62,012 nt of DNA, filler included, from Dimorphilus gyrociliatus (GCA_904063045.1; 4 parts of 4 records of this genome joined end to end with filler, not necessarily neighbours in it); one strand, 5' to 3'; positions 23,883 through 36,884 are shown, numbered from the whole stretch's first letter. The notes: generated from the letters alone by a model not told the origin. A program made the numbers and translations.

Positions 23883-24314
23883 TTGAAATTTGTAAATGTT
23901 CATGCGACTCAAAGCATGGAGAAGAAATATGCGAAAATAGTTGATTATGGTCACCTGCATAAATTAAATAATGGAGATGAGAGTGATTTTGTAACGTTAC
24001 ATTTAGGCAAAAATTATCGGGTTGCAATTAATCTTTTAGTGTACTACAATGTTTTTGGCTTAGATTTCAGACTAGTTTCAAGTGTTTTAAACATGTTCAA
24101 ATCTTTCTATGTTGAATTGACAAATGATAATCCTGCAATTCAATATAATTCAATGAACTATTCATACTGTAGTGAAAAGGATGACAATATTCTTGAAGAA
24201 AGTGACAATTTTTACACAATTTTATGTAAAACTGGTGGAGTCAAAGGTCAATTTGTTGTTTTACATTCAAATTTATTAAGTATAAATATATTAGGTGCGA
24301 TCTGTATATTGTAG
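23883..24314 (+). CDS. Possible fucolectin (FTP)/galactose-binding-like domain exon
   Basis: LHLGKNYRV..FYVELTND..YC..ILCKTGGVKGQFVVL loosely fits the FTP pattern. A mariner relic starts right after it. Confidence 0.35.
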   Translation: MKFVNVHATQSMEKKYAKIVDYGHLHKLNNGDESDFVTLHLGKNYRVAINLLVYYNVFGLDFRLVSSVLNMFKSFYVELTNDNPAIQYNSMNYSYCSEKDDNILEESDNFYTILCKTGGVKGQFVVLHSNLLSINILGAICIL

Positions 24315-24317
24315 ACA

Positions 24318-25560
24318 TTCTGCTGTAATTTTAAAATGGGTTAACTAATAGTATTGATACTTTCCAAATATATTACTTAATCTGTTAGGTTTCATTGTGA
24401 AAACTTTCACCCCATTCTGTCAAGACATTACAAAATTATTTTGGTGCAAGCAACTGCTAGTCATGCCTACACATTCCCATCAATGAAAAATTGTTTCATT
24501 TTTAGTACATGAGAAGGCCTCTCCAAAGAACATTCACACATGGTTAAAAAGCTATTGTGGTGATGAAACTCTGACTGAAGGCTCAGTAAGAAGGGTGGGT
24601 TATTAATATAAAAAAGGGAAGAAAAAATCTTGAAGATTTGCCAAGATGCGGCTGTTGAAGGACATCTGTAACAGAGCAGAATAAGGAAGAGGTTGACAAG
24701 CTTCTCAGACAAGATTGAACCATATCTCAGAGAGCAATTCCAAAAAATTAGAAATTGGTCAAGAGGCTGTTGGGAAGATGATTAAGGAGCTGGGGTACAG
24801 AAAAATTTGTGCTAAATGGATCCCCTATGATCTCATTCAGGATCAAAAAGAGGTGAGGGTGAGTCATTGTGTGGAGCTACTCCAAAGATACACAGCAGAA
24901 AAAGAAGCATTTTTGGAAAAAATTGTTACTGGAGATGAATCTTGGGTTCATCTTTATGATCCTGAATCAAAGAGGGCTTCTTTAAGATATAAGCACACTT
25001 TGTCTCCACCTGAAAAAAGCTAAAAATGGCTAAATCAGCAGAAAAACTTATGTGCACCATTTTCTGGAACCAATCAGGCTTAATCCATGTTGAATTTATG
25101 GATTATGGTGAAATAGTCAACTCCATCCAGTATGTGGAGACCCTGAAGAGATTAAGAAAGAGACTGCATAGGATAAGGCCTGGAAAACAGATCATTTTAC
25201 AACATGATAATGCCAGACCCCATACCAGTCTATACATGACAGATTTTATGATGAATCAGGGATGGTCTATATGTCCACGTCCCCCATACAGCCCTGATTT
25301 GGCTCCATCTGACTATTACTTGTTTGGACGACTAAAAGATCACATCAGGGGAGTTGACTATGATAATTTAGATGAGCTAAAAAAAGATATCAGGGAATTT
25401 CTGAGGAGAAAACCATCTTCCTTTTATCGGAACAGCATTGACTTACTACCATCCAAATAGCAGACATGTATAAACAATGGGGAAGACTAATAAAAACTCA
25501 AATAGTTAATTTTTATAGAGTAGACTATAGGCTATGACATTAAACAAATATTATTCAAAT
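24318..25560 (+). mobile_element. Older degenerate mariner of the same family as 5223-6554
   Basis: ORFs 24715..25023 and 25026..25460 carry TGDESWV, HDNARPH and YSPDLAPSDYYLF, with stops and frameshifts. UTRs align to the young copy. TIRs not found. Confidence 0.9.
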
Positions 25561-25906
25561 TAGTTTACTATTAGAGCTAAAAATACAAAACATCTACAAT
25601 ATATGGATCGCACCTAATATAATAAGGAAAGCCAGGTTTTGAAACAAGAAAACCTTTTGAATCAAATTTCACTTGACAATGATTTTTCAAAGCGATTTTA
25701 CAATTTTTAGTAAATGCCGATTGAGGACAAACCAATTCGTCTATACTATTATAACAATCAGACTTCATATTGCATTGAATAAGCTTTGTTGTGCATTGGC
25801 TATTGCAATAGAATTGAGATTTTTTATTGCAATCTGTAAATCATTTTCAAAAAGGAGTGCATGCTTTTGAATATTTTATGTGTACGGAATATATATATAT
25901 ATATAT

Positions 25907-26112
25907 GGGGCTGACAGAAAACATCCCCAAATGAGTTTTTTGAAAGCAACATTTCGATTGAAAAATGGTTAGGAGGAGTAAAGTAGCTTTTGATTTATAG
26001 TTAGGGGGGTCCCATCTAAGGGTTAGGAGCAATCAAAAAGGTTAAGGAGAGACAAGGGCTAGGTTAGGGTTAGGGTTAAACTGTGCTTTTGGGGATGTTT
26101 TCTGTCGTATCC
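25907..26112 (+). mobile_element. TTAGGG-bearing MITE copy 2, inserted in (AT)n
   Basis: Perfect 19-bp inverted repeat GACAGAAAACATCCCCAAA (25913-31, 26088-106), with GGTTAGGGTTAGGGTT inside. Confidence 0.88.
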
Positions 26113-26604
26113 ATATATATATATATAAGTTTGTATACTCTCTCTATAGGTCTTTTCTATTGATTTATCACTACCGCAAATTTCATCACTTGAATCAAAG
26201 CAGTTGATTTCATTATCGCAAATTTGTTCAAATTCAACACATTGTTTGTTATAACATGTATATCTAATCAGTAAGTGTATATATTATTAATATACAGTGC
26301 ATACTGTATATATACATTATTGATAGGGAAGATAACTACCTTTGAGTAGTATTGCAACTCTCTCTGGCTAAAATTGATACCTTTTTACTGTGGAAAACTT
26401 TTTCTCTTATTTTGATTATACTTACAACAGAACATTTCATCTGAATTATCACTGCAATCATTGATATGATCACAAACACGAGCATAACTTATTGTCATAT
26501 CCATACTAAAGCACATAAATTGATTTGTATGATTATGAGGACAATTCTGCTCATCTTATCCCATTCGACAATCAAAATGACCATCGCATATGTATACTGA
26601 ACTA

Positions 26605-27670
26605 AGCCAGCATTGTCTTGCTGGAAGATGTACTGCCTGCCCATTTTTGCCTCAATTTCTTCTATCACAGGCAGAACATCTTCCACAATGAAGGAGCTAT
26701 AGTTTTCAGCATTCAGCTTGCTCCTTATCCTCCAGACTTCAAATATGCCGTCAAAGGTTATCAACCCCCACACCAATACTCCACCTCTCCCCATATTTTT
26801 TGTGACCCTGAAGTCCTTTTCACTGTTGCTGGTCCAAGTCCTAAAATCATCAGGTCCACTTAGCGAAAACCTAGCCTCATCAGTAAAAATAACCCTAGAC
26901 CAGTCTAGATTTTCACTAATAACTTTGAGGCAGTACACTTTTCTGCATTTACAGTCTTTGGAGGTGAGATCAGTTCTTTGTCTGACTCTTTTATATTTGA
27001 AATTTTGTCTTTTCAGCTCCCTCTGTATTGTTCTTACACTTACATCTACTTCTAATTCCTTTAATATCTTTGCTGCTGTCACTCTTTGTTTGTTATCTTT
27101 TAGTTTCTTTATAATTCTTTTCATCCTCGCTATCTCTCTGTCGGAAAGCTTCTTCGGACCTCCCCTATTGTCTTGTTCTGGCTGCTTGTACTTCAGTATG
27201 TTACTGATTGATGATGGTGCCATTCCTAAAACTCTTGCTGTTGCCCTTAATTTCCCTATTTCGCTAAATTTCTTGATTACCAAATCCCTTATATCTTGAC
27301 TCCAAACCATAATTAAAAAAATACAATATAAATTATGCACAGTAATTTTTAATATTCAATAACTAATAAACTTAACTTAAAACAGGAAAAAAGTTGAAAA
27401 ATTTTTTGTTTGAGATGTCTATTTGAATGTCAAACTGGATGTCAACTCAATGTTCCAAAAAACATGTTGCGTGGCCAAATAAAGAAAAAACTTATGAAAA
27501 TTATTAAAAATTTTTGCTAATAATGTTCACAAAATATTATCATTTTCTTCAATTTTTTTCAATATTATGTCAATTTAACTCTTTTTCTATATAAATTTAG
27601 ACAAAAAACACTAATTTGCAGAGGACAAACACTTTTAACCGTTAATTAAAAATTGGCCTATCAAAATTTA
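26605..27670 (-). mobile_element. Tc1/Tc3-like transposon, 3'-truncated
   Basis: ORF 26495..27340 has HTH, VIFTDEARFSLSGPDD, GGVLVWG and FQQDNA, then loses homology. The third acidic residue is missing. The 5' end is shared with the copy at 32900-32945. Confidence 0.85.
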
Positions 27671-27829
27671 CAGTGTCCATATATACATGTCGTCCACTTT
27701 ATAACAACCAAACATGTTAGCTTGGCACGCAAAATCTTTTACAGGCTTTTCTCTAATAATTTTCCTTGATATTTAAATATTTCAAAAAATGATTCAATTA
27801 ATTAAAATCTATTGTTTTTTGTCAGAAAA

Positions 27830-30357
27830 ACATACTTGCCAACTCTTTTTTCGCATAACGTTGAGGTAAATTTCATTCCATGTTGAATTTTTTCAAACTG
27901 TAATTGATATTCTGAATATTGGAGAAAAAATTAATGTCTGTTTTTGAGAGAAAATCAATAAATTCTTTACTATAATCTCCTTGATAAAAGTAAAAGCTAA
28001 ACCAATGAGATAAGTCTATTAACTATAAATTTAGCAAAGTTGTAATAAATAGACAATTTCTGGCTTTTTAATATTGTAAAAGTTCACTTAAAACTGATTT
28101 ATTAAAATAATACTAAGAGTTGGTTTAGATGATACTTTTAATCATTTTTATCAAGTAGTATCCTTCTTCAAATGCCTCAAAGATATTTGTTTGAAAGCGA
28201 CTGCGTGTCTCAACTCTCCGTCCAATAATAGCCGAACAATTTAAACTTTTATTTAGAATTTCATATTCGTCCTCTTCATCTTGTGAAATAAGGTCAACTA
28301 AATAATTAGTATCGGTAACTAAATAGACTCTTCTTTCAGTTTTCATCTTTCTAACTGATTATAAATTGACAAACTGAGTAAACGTTTTATAGAAAAAATA
28401 TATCTTATATATTTTTGGTTTTATTGAATTATTCATCCAACTAATTCCAAGATTATAGGCTTATTAAGAAATTAATTATTTATGATGATGAAATCTTGGA
28501 ATATACTGCATATTGTTCATGTTGGGATGAACTGAACTTTGACATCTACAATAGTAACCTTTTGAGAAAAATAGCATAGGAATAAAACCGTAGTGATAGT
28601 AATCTAAATCAGTTAGATATTGGAAAAAAAAATGTCTATTGAATATATTCAAATTGGCCATTGTTCAATTTTTTTCGCTACAAAATTGTAACATTTCATC
28701 AACAGATTTCTTTTCTTTGTATTGGAAATGATAAAAGCACGTTTCATCATAATAAATAATTGGTTGTCCTTGGCAAGGATTCTCTTCATTAAAACATGGA
28801 AACAAAAACTGGTATAGTTACTTATTATTAAAGACAAATCGGAAATATACCGGAGTTGGAACAAGATAATAAAACTATTGGTTCATCCATAATTCGCCCT
28901 CTAACGTGATATTTTCATGGAAAATTATTAAACGAAAAATTTAAGATTACTCACAAAGCATTCATTTCACAATCATGTATATCTGTTGCGTTTCGGGGAC
29001 AATTTAGAAATAGTATGAAATACTGAACTACCGCAGTACTGATACTTCCGCTTTATTTATTGTACCAGATAAAAATCCCAAATGGTTGCATATAATTTGA
29101 ATTTCTCTAAACCCAAGATTATTTACGAAATGATATCCGTTTCTAGAGTAAATAATGGGATATCCGCTAATTTTACTAAGATTATACAAATTCTCATAAA
29201 TAGAAGTTTTCAACGAATTATGAAATAGAATGGTTTGGTCTATAAAAAATTGATTGTTAAATAGTTGAAAATGTGAAAAGATCATTAAATGAAGAATTAC
29301 TGGAATATTTCCCTCGAATACATTGAGTATGCGTAAGGTAATAGACGCTGTTATCTTTATTCGTTCTTAGAAAGTAGCAAGAAGGCATTTGCTGTTCATC
29401 CAGAATCTCACAGTTATGCAACAATATATTGTCAAACTACATAAATATTAAAAAGTAACTTTAATAACAGAATAGCAAAAATGAAATTTGTCAAAATTGT
29501 CTTACTCCATCGTCATAGGGATAGAAAGATTCTTGAAGTTTGCTTTTGTAGAATAGGATGAAACTATACACATGTAACTCATTGCATTCCAATTAAATCG
29601 GTATTCAACAAATGCTATTGCCACACCTTACATTTTTGATATTGTAAACACGAATGGAGGATTTACATTTTCTTTTATAATCCTTTTTAAACTATCATAA
29701 TAAGAATCATTGAAATCCATAAATATTGCTTCTATAAAGGTTAAATCATAATTTTTGAATTTGAAAAATCTTTCTATTTTTTCATTCTCAACCTCCTAAT
29801 TCATTATATCTACAAAACAGTCTTTCGTCGCTATCATATTCTTCAAGTTTCACTTTAGCAATTTTTCCATTTAGAATTCTAATTTCAACAGAAGCATTCC
29901 GAATTTCAATATCTTCAATTATAAACAATTCGTGTTTTTTACACTTGTACTCTTCATCGTTTAGAGATGAAATATACAAAACGTTTTGCTTAGTTTTGAA
30001 TAGAGGAAGAAATAAATTTTGATTTATCCTCTTAATAAATATATCTGCTTGTTTGTTTTTTATTAAAAAAACTAGGCTGCAAAAGTTTTGCAGTTGGAAG
30101 ATATTTCAATACAAACATGATGCATCCGCTTTGAAACAGGTTAGTATTACTCTTTCATATATATCTTTTTCTAACACTTTGCTATGAACATAAAACTGTT
30201 GTCTAGTTTTAAAGAATTTAAGATAAGAAAGAAGAATATTTACAATTGACAACACGGATTGAATTGAGTTATTTTTAATGATTTCATAGGCTGCTATCCA
30301 AAAAATATTGAATTTGAGCAAACTTTTTATCATAACCCATATTTTCGCAAAGTACAC
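27830..30357 (-). CDS. Multi-exon extracellular protein with SRCR-like segments; gene model uncertain
   Basis: Same-strand exon-sized ORFs, including GFREIQIICNHLGF and YDSDERLFCRYNELG, resembling SRCR VCRQLG and the N-terminal exons of the 50121-56590 gene. Confidence 0.4.
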
Positions 30358-30749
30358 CTTTAAAATAATGCAATAAATTATATACTTTTCTATTAATTGT
30401 TATAGCTCTTGGTTGATATTCTGTTGAATTTCCTACAATAAATCCTTCATACGTATTTCATTGATATCTAACAAAATTGTTGACTTTTTTATATTTTCAC
30501 AGGCTAATAGAGAAATTGGTAAACAAATAAAAAACATATTTTAAGATAAACTTCATTATTCTTTAAATGTACATCAGTAAAGTTTTATTGTTATTTTGCC
30601 CCATTTAGACGATATTGGTTAATATTATAACAATTATTCACGATATTGACAAACAAACCACTTAAAAATTAACTAGGTCATAATAAACTAATAAAGATTT
30701 AATAATTTAATGATAATAAACAAATAAAGATTTGAAACTGAGCTTAAAG

Positions 30750-30777
<28 letters not shown>
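30750..30777. repeat. (AT)n microsatellite
   Basis: Seen directly. Confidence 0.95.
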
Positions 30778-30780
<3 letters not shown>

Positions 30781-30933
30781 CAATAAATCAATATTGTTTA
30801 TAATCCATCATATTCAAGTAGCTCATAGAAGTTATAACATCATGATGGAAGAAGCTATAAATAACTGTTTCTTGTTTGTTTTTCTTTTCCTGACCCAATA
30901 TCGGGACAGTATTTATAACCAAAACTATTCCAA

Positions 30934-31989
30934 TTATTTATGCTTATGTCTACAAATGAGAGCATTCTTGAACTTGAGGTATTCGAATAGATCATTTCTA
31001 AACACTGGATCCGTTACGCAATACACAAGCCAATTTATAGAATGATTAAGGAATAGTAGATTCTCACCAACCAATATGCCTAGTCGGATTAATGGTTCGT
31101 ATTTAGCGCTGAGAGTATACTCGAGAATTTTAAATAGGCAGAATACGATTGTACACGTTGCATAAATAGTACAAACGCTTATTAACATAATGTTAACTTT
31201 TCTGTATTGCGTCGTTTTCTCGTATTGTTCTGATTTCCGTTCAACACCAATATTTAAAGTGCAAACAAAAGCCTTGCTCGATTTGTTGCAAGACAGGAGA
31301 CGACGTCTCTTGTTCCGTTGAGCGTCTAATTTATGTATATTAACAATTGTAGATGGTATTATGACGAGATTTGGTAGTATTGAGTAGACAAGAGCATCAA
31401 CTACATACCAATATCTATTTGTAATTATATAGCTGTTTCGTTTATTGTAGTGGCATCTCTTTCTTCCAAAATTGTCAATAATTGGTTCAGTTATTTGAAA
31501 GCAAACAAACACCACCACTGTCAATAAAATAATAACAAAGACAACAATTTTAGAGCATCTTACTGTTCTTCTAAAATATGGAAATGTAACTGCAATCATC
31601 CTATCAACTGCAATGCATACAATCATCCAACCGGAAACATATGAAGCGACATAATATGGTCCAGTAAATCCAAAACAATTCACGTAAAATCTCAAATAGA
31701 CTTTATCGTTTGTTAAACCTCTTATAAATGTTTCTAGAGCTCCAAAACTCACTGTTAAAACGTCTGCTACTGCCAAAACAGTTAGGTAGGTTACGATTGG
31801 TGTGATTTTTTTTCTCTTGCTAAGGATTACAAATGCTAAAGAATTACCAAAAATACTGCATAATAGAAAGACAGGCATTGTAAAACAATAGGTCCAGAGA
31901 GATATTCCACAGTACCATAGATTAGGATTATTATTGCAGAGAACAGTTGTATTCTCCTCCATTAAGCTATTTCGAATGTACAGATGCAA
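30934..31989 (-). CDS. Intronless class A peptide-receptor-like GPCR (FMRFamide/TRH-receptor-like)
   Basis: Seven hydrophobic segments, GNSLAFVIL, YLTVLAVAD, AVDRMIAVTFP and LNHSINWLVYC. Confidence 0.9.
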   Translation of the reverse strand: MHLYIRNSLMEENTTVLCNNNPNLWYCGISLWTYCFTMPVFLLCSIFGNSLAFVILSKRKKITPIVTYLTVLAVADVLTVSFGALETFIRGLTNDKVYLRFYVNCFGFTGPYYVASYVSGWMIVCIAVDRMIAVTFPYFRRTVRCSKIVVFVIILLTVVVFVCFQITEPIIDNFGRKRCHYNKRNSYIITNRYWYVVDALVYSILPNLVIIPSTIVNIHKLDAQRNKRRRLLSCNKSSKAFVCTLNIGVERKSEQYEKTTQYRKVNIMLISVCTIYATCTIVFCLFKILEYTLSAKYEPLIRLGILVGENLLFLNHSINWLVYCVTDPVFRNDLFEYLKFKNALICRHKHK

Positions 31990-32059
31990 TGGTAATCAAT
32001 GATGTTCAAATGCTTGAGAGTTCAAGTGCTTCAAAACATACTTTACTAATCAATAGTAT

Positions 32060-32945
32060 GTATTCCTTTAATAGAGAATTAAAGATAGAGAAAAAAAGAG
32101 TGAATGTGTGTGTGACGGGGGAGAACATTTTCCAATAAAACAGCTGTAATGGTCAGCATTAAGTTTTTTCTCTATCTGCTTTACTTCAAATATCCCATTG
32201 AAGGTTATGAGTCCCCAAACCATTACTCCACCCCTGCCCATATTTTTCGTCACCCTAAAGTCTTTTTCACCATCATTTGTCCATGTTCTAAAGTCATCAA
32301 GGTCACTCAGTGAGAATCGAGCCTCATTTTTTTCTTCTTTTACAATTGTTGGTTGTGAGGTCAGATCTTTGTCTCACTCATTTATACTTGAAATTTTGTC
32401 TTTTCGGCTCCTTCTGAATTGTTGTTATGCTTACATCTACTTCTAATTCCCTTAAAATATTTCCTGCTATAACCTTCCCCTATTTATTTTCAATTTCTTT
32501 AAAACTCTTTTCATCCTGCCTATGTCTCTCTCAGTAGGTCTCTTTGGACAATCCCTATTCTCCTGTTTTGGTGGATTGTATCATAGAATTTTGCAAATTG
32601 ATCATGGTACCATCCCACTTCTGCTGTTGCTCTTAATTTTCCTATTTCCTTATGAAATATAAGGATCTTTACAAGATCCCTATTATCCACGTCATAGTTA
32701 AATAAATGCAACAAAAATTAGCTAATATAATTATAATTGATAATAATAGATAAACTCAACTTGGAGAATTGATTAAGTCCAAAAAATTTTGTTTTAGACA
32801 TCTATTTTGATACTAAACTGAAAATCAAGTGTATGTTCCAATAATGATGAAGCATGGCCAAATAAAGAAAAAATTGATGAAAATTACTAAAAATAAACAT
32901 TTTTGACCTTTAATTAAAAGTGGGCCTATCAAAATTTATGGTGTA
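32060..32945 (-). mobile_element. Degenerate second copy of the Tc1/Tc3-like element
   Basis: TKNMGRGGVMVWGLITF and 5' UTR/terminus align to 26700-27670, with many disruptions. Confidence 0.8.
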
Positions 32946-33149
32946 CTCATCAGAACTATTCTCAAAATTTAAGTCAAATGAATTTCAAGATGGTATTTGT
33001 ATATGTTTAGTAACAATAACTTGTATTGAATATAATGATTCTAATGCAATTTGTCACCATACTGGACCACAATCTCATAGTTAAGATAACTAACCAATTT
33101 CGAATTAAAGGAATTACACGAAAACTCATTTTCAAATTTAGAACAGTTG

Positions 33150-33530
33150 GTTAGTTTATAACTAACCGAAGCAAGAACTTCAAGCTTCTCTTAAAAGATT
33201 TCCCAAGTAATTCTTTGTCATTGAAAGTACAACACTCTGAAAGCTTTCATCTTTGTTGTATGGTAGAATTTAGTACTAAACTTGACTTTAACATTACTGA
33301 TTGCTACAAAAACTGGATCCACTGACTATATTCTTTTAACTTCATCATTTTTGCTCTCGCTTCTGCATCTGGAGATCCTCACTTTCGACAAATTATATTT
33401 GATAATCGAAGCTCAACTAATAAGGCCCTGATGTTTCAGGTATGCCTGGATTTTCATCAAGTGACCTTGACATATTTGGACAACTCAAGGATGACTATTA
33501 TATGCATAAAATTAGAACACAAAAAGTACT
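33150..33530 (+). pseudogene. Degenerate paralog fragment of the ITIH-C-like gene
   Basis: SGDPHFRQIIFD and GQLKDDYYMHKI match GGDPHFSQKVID and GILKDDYYMHQI of 21782..22450, with a deletion between them. Confidence 0.55.
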
Positions 33531-33909
33531 AAAGCCGTACTTTCCATTACTTCAACTTCCCATCTTCTTTTCAAAAACAGGCAACAACTCTTCTAAGATT
33601 TATCCATGTTACAGAAAGAGTTTATCAATAGGTAGTTTTCTAAAATTTCTGAGACTAGGATTAGATTAGGTAATGAATCTGTTGTTGTTTACATCACTTT
33701 GCAATAGATCACTATTACATAAGATGACATTTGTCAAATTTCCTGAAATTGGCCAAAATATCCCAAAGAGAGCCGAAATGTCGTGGGCCAAAATGTGCTG
33801 TCCGCCAGCCTAAAGCATAAGGGCTATCTCCTTTGTATTAAATATTATGTTCAAAAAATCAATAGTTTTACAATTATGTTACAGAATGTAAATTGATAAT
33901 AACTTCTTG

Positions 33910-36708
33910 TTACAAATAGCTTAAATTTAAATGTGGATATATAGCTTTAAAACCATCCAGTAAGTTGATAAAATCTGGATGATCTTCTCCAAAACTGTCT
34001 AAATACATATCTTCTAATATATTACAGTTTCTTAGTAATTCAATTAATAAATGACTATGATTTTCGTTAAATTTACAATATGAAAGATTAAGGCGGAGAA
34101 GGGAATGTGAAGATGCTTTTAGTCCTTGGCAAATTCCCTTAAATTCCCTACTACAATTCTCATTGAAACTTAAACAAAGTTCTTCTAGGCAAGTACATTT
34201 CTCAAGTAAATCGCCCAACCAACGACAATCGCACGAACTCAATTGGCATTGAGAAAGCCTTATGTTAAGAAGAGAATTTGAAGACGATTTTAATCCATTA
34301 CATATTCTCTTAAATTCTTTTCCACAGGAATCGTTGCCACTCAAATCAATTTCTTGTATTGATAAACAATCCTGTAACAAATCTCCAAGCCAATGACTTT
34401 GTTCTTCATTTAGATCATTATCAGAAAGGATTATCTTGATAAGGGAGTTTGAAGATGATTTTAATCCGTTGCATATTCCCTTAAACCCCTTTCCAAACTC
34501 ATTATTCCCACTTAAATTAATTTCTTGTATTGATGTGCACATTTGTAATAAATCGCCAAGCCAACAACTTTGTTCTTCATTCAAATTACAATCAAAAAGG
34601 TACAACTTGCGAAGAGAATAGGAAGATAATTTCAATCCATCAAATATTTCCCAAATATTCTTTCCACATTCACAATTAGCACTTAAATCAATATTTTGTA
34701 GTGATGTACATTGATTCAAAAAATCGCCCAACCAAAAGCTTTGATCTTCATTTAGATCACAGCAAGAGAGGTCTATGTCTAAAAGTGAATTTGAGGAAGA
34801 TGTTAACCCTTCACAAATATTTTTAAATTCATTTCCATGTAAACTAGTGGAGCTTAAATTAATTTCCTCTATAAAGGTGCACTCTCTAAGCAAATCTGCT
34901 AATTGACCAATGTCACCTTCTTTCCAAACACAGTTATTAAAATTGACTTTCAGAAGAGATTTTGCAGAAGATTTCAATACTTGGAAAATCTCGGCCAGAC
35001 CTGGAGTATTAAAATGACTTCCCATTAGATCAATTTCTGTCAATGATTCACATCCTATAAATAAACTGCCTGGACAATAAACGTCATTTTCTTCTACAAT
35101 GCAAGGAGAAAATTTAATCTTTTTCAAAGAGTTTAAAGATGGCTGTAATCCTGCACAGATCACTTCGAGTTGTTTCGAGGACAGCATATTTGCAGAGATA
35201 CTAAAATCCTCTAAAATTTTACATTCCTCTAATAAATTTCCTACACAAAGTATTTCCTCGTCGGTAACGTCAAAAAATTCAATTTTGATCTTTCGAAGAG
35301 AGGCTGAAGACGATTTTAAACTTATAAATATTTCCTCCATTCCATGACTGAAAATGTAAACTTCTCTTAATGTTTTACATTTCTGCAATAAATTAGCAAA
35401 CCAATAAGATTCCTCACTATTCAAATTATAATTAAATACATCAACTCTTTGTAAAGAATTTGAAGAAGACATTAATCCACTACATATTTTCTCAGCTTGA
35501 TTTCTGAAATTTTCATTGTCACATAAAACTACTTGTTCTAATAAAGTACAATCTGCAATTAAATCACTAACAAAGTTAATTTGATTCTCATTCAAATTGC
35601 AGTCTGAATAATTAATTCTTTTGAGAGTATTAGAAGACAATTTCAATCCTTGACATATTTTATCGAAACCATTAAGAATCCTTTTATTCTCACTTAAATT
35701 AATTTCCTCAATTGATGTACACTGTTTGAGAAAATTACCTAACATATTACCATTGCTGCTGCTCAAAAAGCAGTTCGAAAATTCAATTTTAATGATTGAC
35801 TGTGACGATGACGTTAAGCCTGCTAGTATTTCTGACCATCCATCACCAAGTTTCTTATTGCCACTTAAATTGACTTCCTGTAATAATTTGCATATTTTAA
35901 ATAATTCACCAAGCCAACAATTATTCTCTTTTATCAAATCACAATAAGAAAAATCGATTTTTAAAAGGTGATTTGATGAAGACTTCAGCCCTTTTAGGAT
36001 ATTTAACCAACCATCTCCCATTTTCTGATTACCACTCAGATTAACTTCCCTTAATTGACTGCAATTTTGAAACACGCTCCCTAACCAATCATAGCAATCC
36101 TCTTTGCTAAAATTGCAACTTGAAAAGTCAACGGCTTGAAGAGAAATTGAAGAAAATTGAATTAATTTTTTGACCATTTTGCTTCTTGTAATATTTCTTG
36201 AAAAATTCAAATTTAATGACTTTAAAGATGGTAAATTTGCTGATTGTTTAAACATATTTACAGATTCCTCTGCAAAAACGTCACATGATTTCAATTCTAG
36301 ATTTTTCAATGTATCCACTATTGGTAAATAAATTTGTTTTATAAAATTCTCTAAACAAAGTGATTTAATTGGATGATCAGATAAAAAACTTAAATTGTCA
36401 ACAGATGTAAACTTTCTCTGCTTCAGTGTAACATTTGATAAATAGAGGATACTCGAAGAAAAAAACTTCAATTCATTGGTTGAAAATGGTTTGTTATCTT
36501 TGTTCGCAAATTCGAAAATGCTCATACCAATTTTTGGAGGTAGAAATATTGCATTTCTCTTACAAATTTTACTAATAAAGTATAAATTGGATCTAATACA
36601 GACCAATGACAAACTCTCTAGACTATCAACACCCATTTTTCTTGCTTTAAAAGGATTGGTTTTCCATTGTTTTGATAATACAGTGGTTACAACATCTTCA
36701 ATAACCAC
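33910..36708 (-). CDS. Single-exon ribonuclease-inhibitor-like LRR protein, 932 aa
   Basis: Repeats of about 56-57 aa such as CTSIQEINLSGN..FKGICNGLKSSSNSLIKIILSDNDLNEEQSHWLGDLLQ. No NACHT motif seen. Confidence 0.9.
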   Translation of the reverse strand: MVIEDVVTTVLSKQWKTNPFKARKMGVDSLESLSLVCIRSNLYFISKICKRNAIFLPPKIGMSIFEFANKDNKPFSTNELKFFSSSILYLSNVTLKQRKFTSVDNLSFLSDHPIKSLCLENFIKQIYLPIVDTLKNLELKSCDVFAEESVNMFKQSANLPSLKSLNLNFSRNITRSKMVKKLIQFSSISLQAVDFSSCNFSKEDCYDWLGSVFQNCSQLREVNLSGNQKMGDGWLNILKGLKSSSNHLLKIDFSYCDLIKENNCWLGELFKICKLLQEVNLSGNKKLGDGWSEILAGLTSSSQSIIKIEFSNCFLSSSNGNMLGNFLKQCTSIEEINLSENKRILNGFDKICQGLKLSSNTLKRINYSDCNLNENQINFVSDLIADCTLLEQVVLCDNENFRNQAEKICSGLMSSSNSLQRVDVFNYNLNSEESYWFANLLQKCKTLREVYIFSHGMEEIFISLKSSSASLRKIKIEFFDVTDEEILCVGNLLEECKILEDFSISANMLSSKQLEVICAGLQPSLNSLKKIKFSPCIVEENDVYCPGSLFIGCESLTEIDLMGSHFNTPGLAEIFQVLKSSAKSLLKVNFNNCVWKEGDIGQLADLLRECTFIEEINLSSTSLHGNEFKNICEGLTSSSNSLLDIDLSCCDLNEDQSFWLGDFLNQCTSLQNIDLSANCECGKNIWEIFDGLKLSSYSLRKLYLFDCNLNEEQSCWLGDLLQMCTSIQEINLSGNNEFGKGFKGICNGLKSSSNSLIKIILSDNDLNEEQSHWLGDLLQDCLSIQEIDLSGNDSCGKEFKRICNGLKSSSNSLLNIRLSQCQLSSCDCRWLGDLLEKCTCLEELCLSFNENCSREFKGICQGLKASSHSLLRLNLSYCKFNENHSHLLIELLRNCNILEDMYLDSFGEDHPDFINLLDGFKAIYPHLNLSYL

Positions 36709-36884
36709 ATTATATATTTTACACTACACTATCTTCTATGGAAATCAACTGACTCACAAACTGATATGAACAATATGAATCTTTTGATATTATAGTAAAG
36801 AAAATTTTAGGCCTAGAAAGTCTCTTGATTCATGTATGATATGACAAAAAATCTATACATTAAACAAAGAAATATAACTCAAAT

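Noticed and set aside
26061-26077. TTAGGG tracts as telomere or chromosome-healing sites
   Set aside because: Only 2-3 units each, embedded within TIR-bounded MITEs.
26618-27299. Plus-strand ORFs 26618..26863 and 26718..27299
   Set aside because: Antisense shadows of the Tc1-like transposase.
34436-36769. Plus-strand ORFs over the LRR gene, and similar short ORFs opposite the GPCR genes
   Set aside because: Antisense shadows with no motifs.
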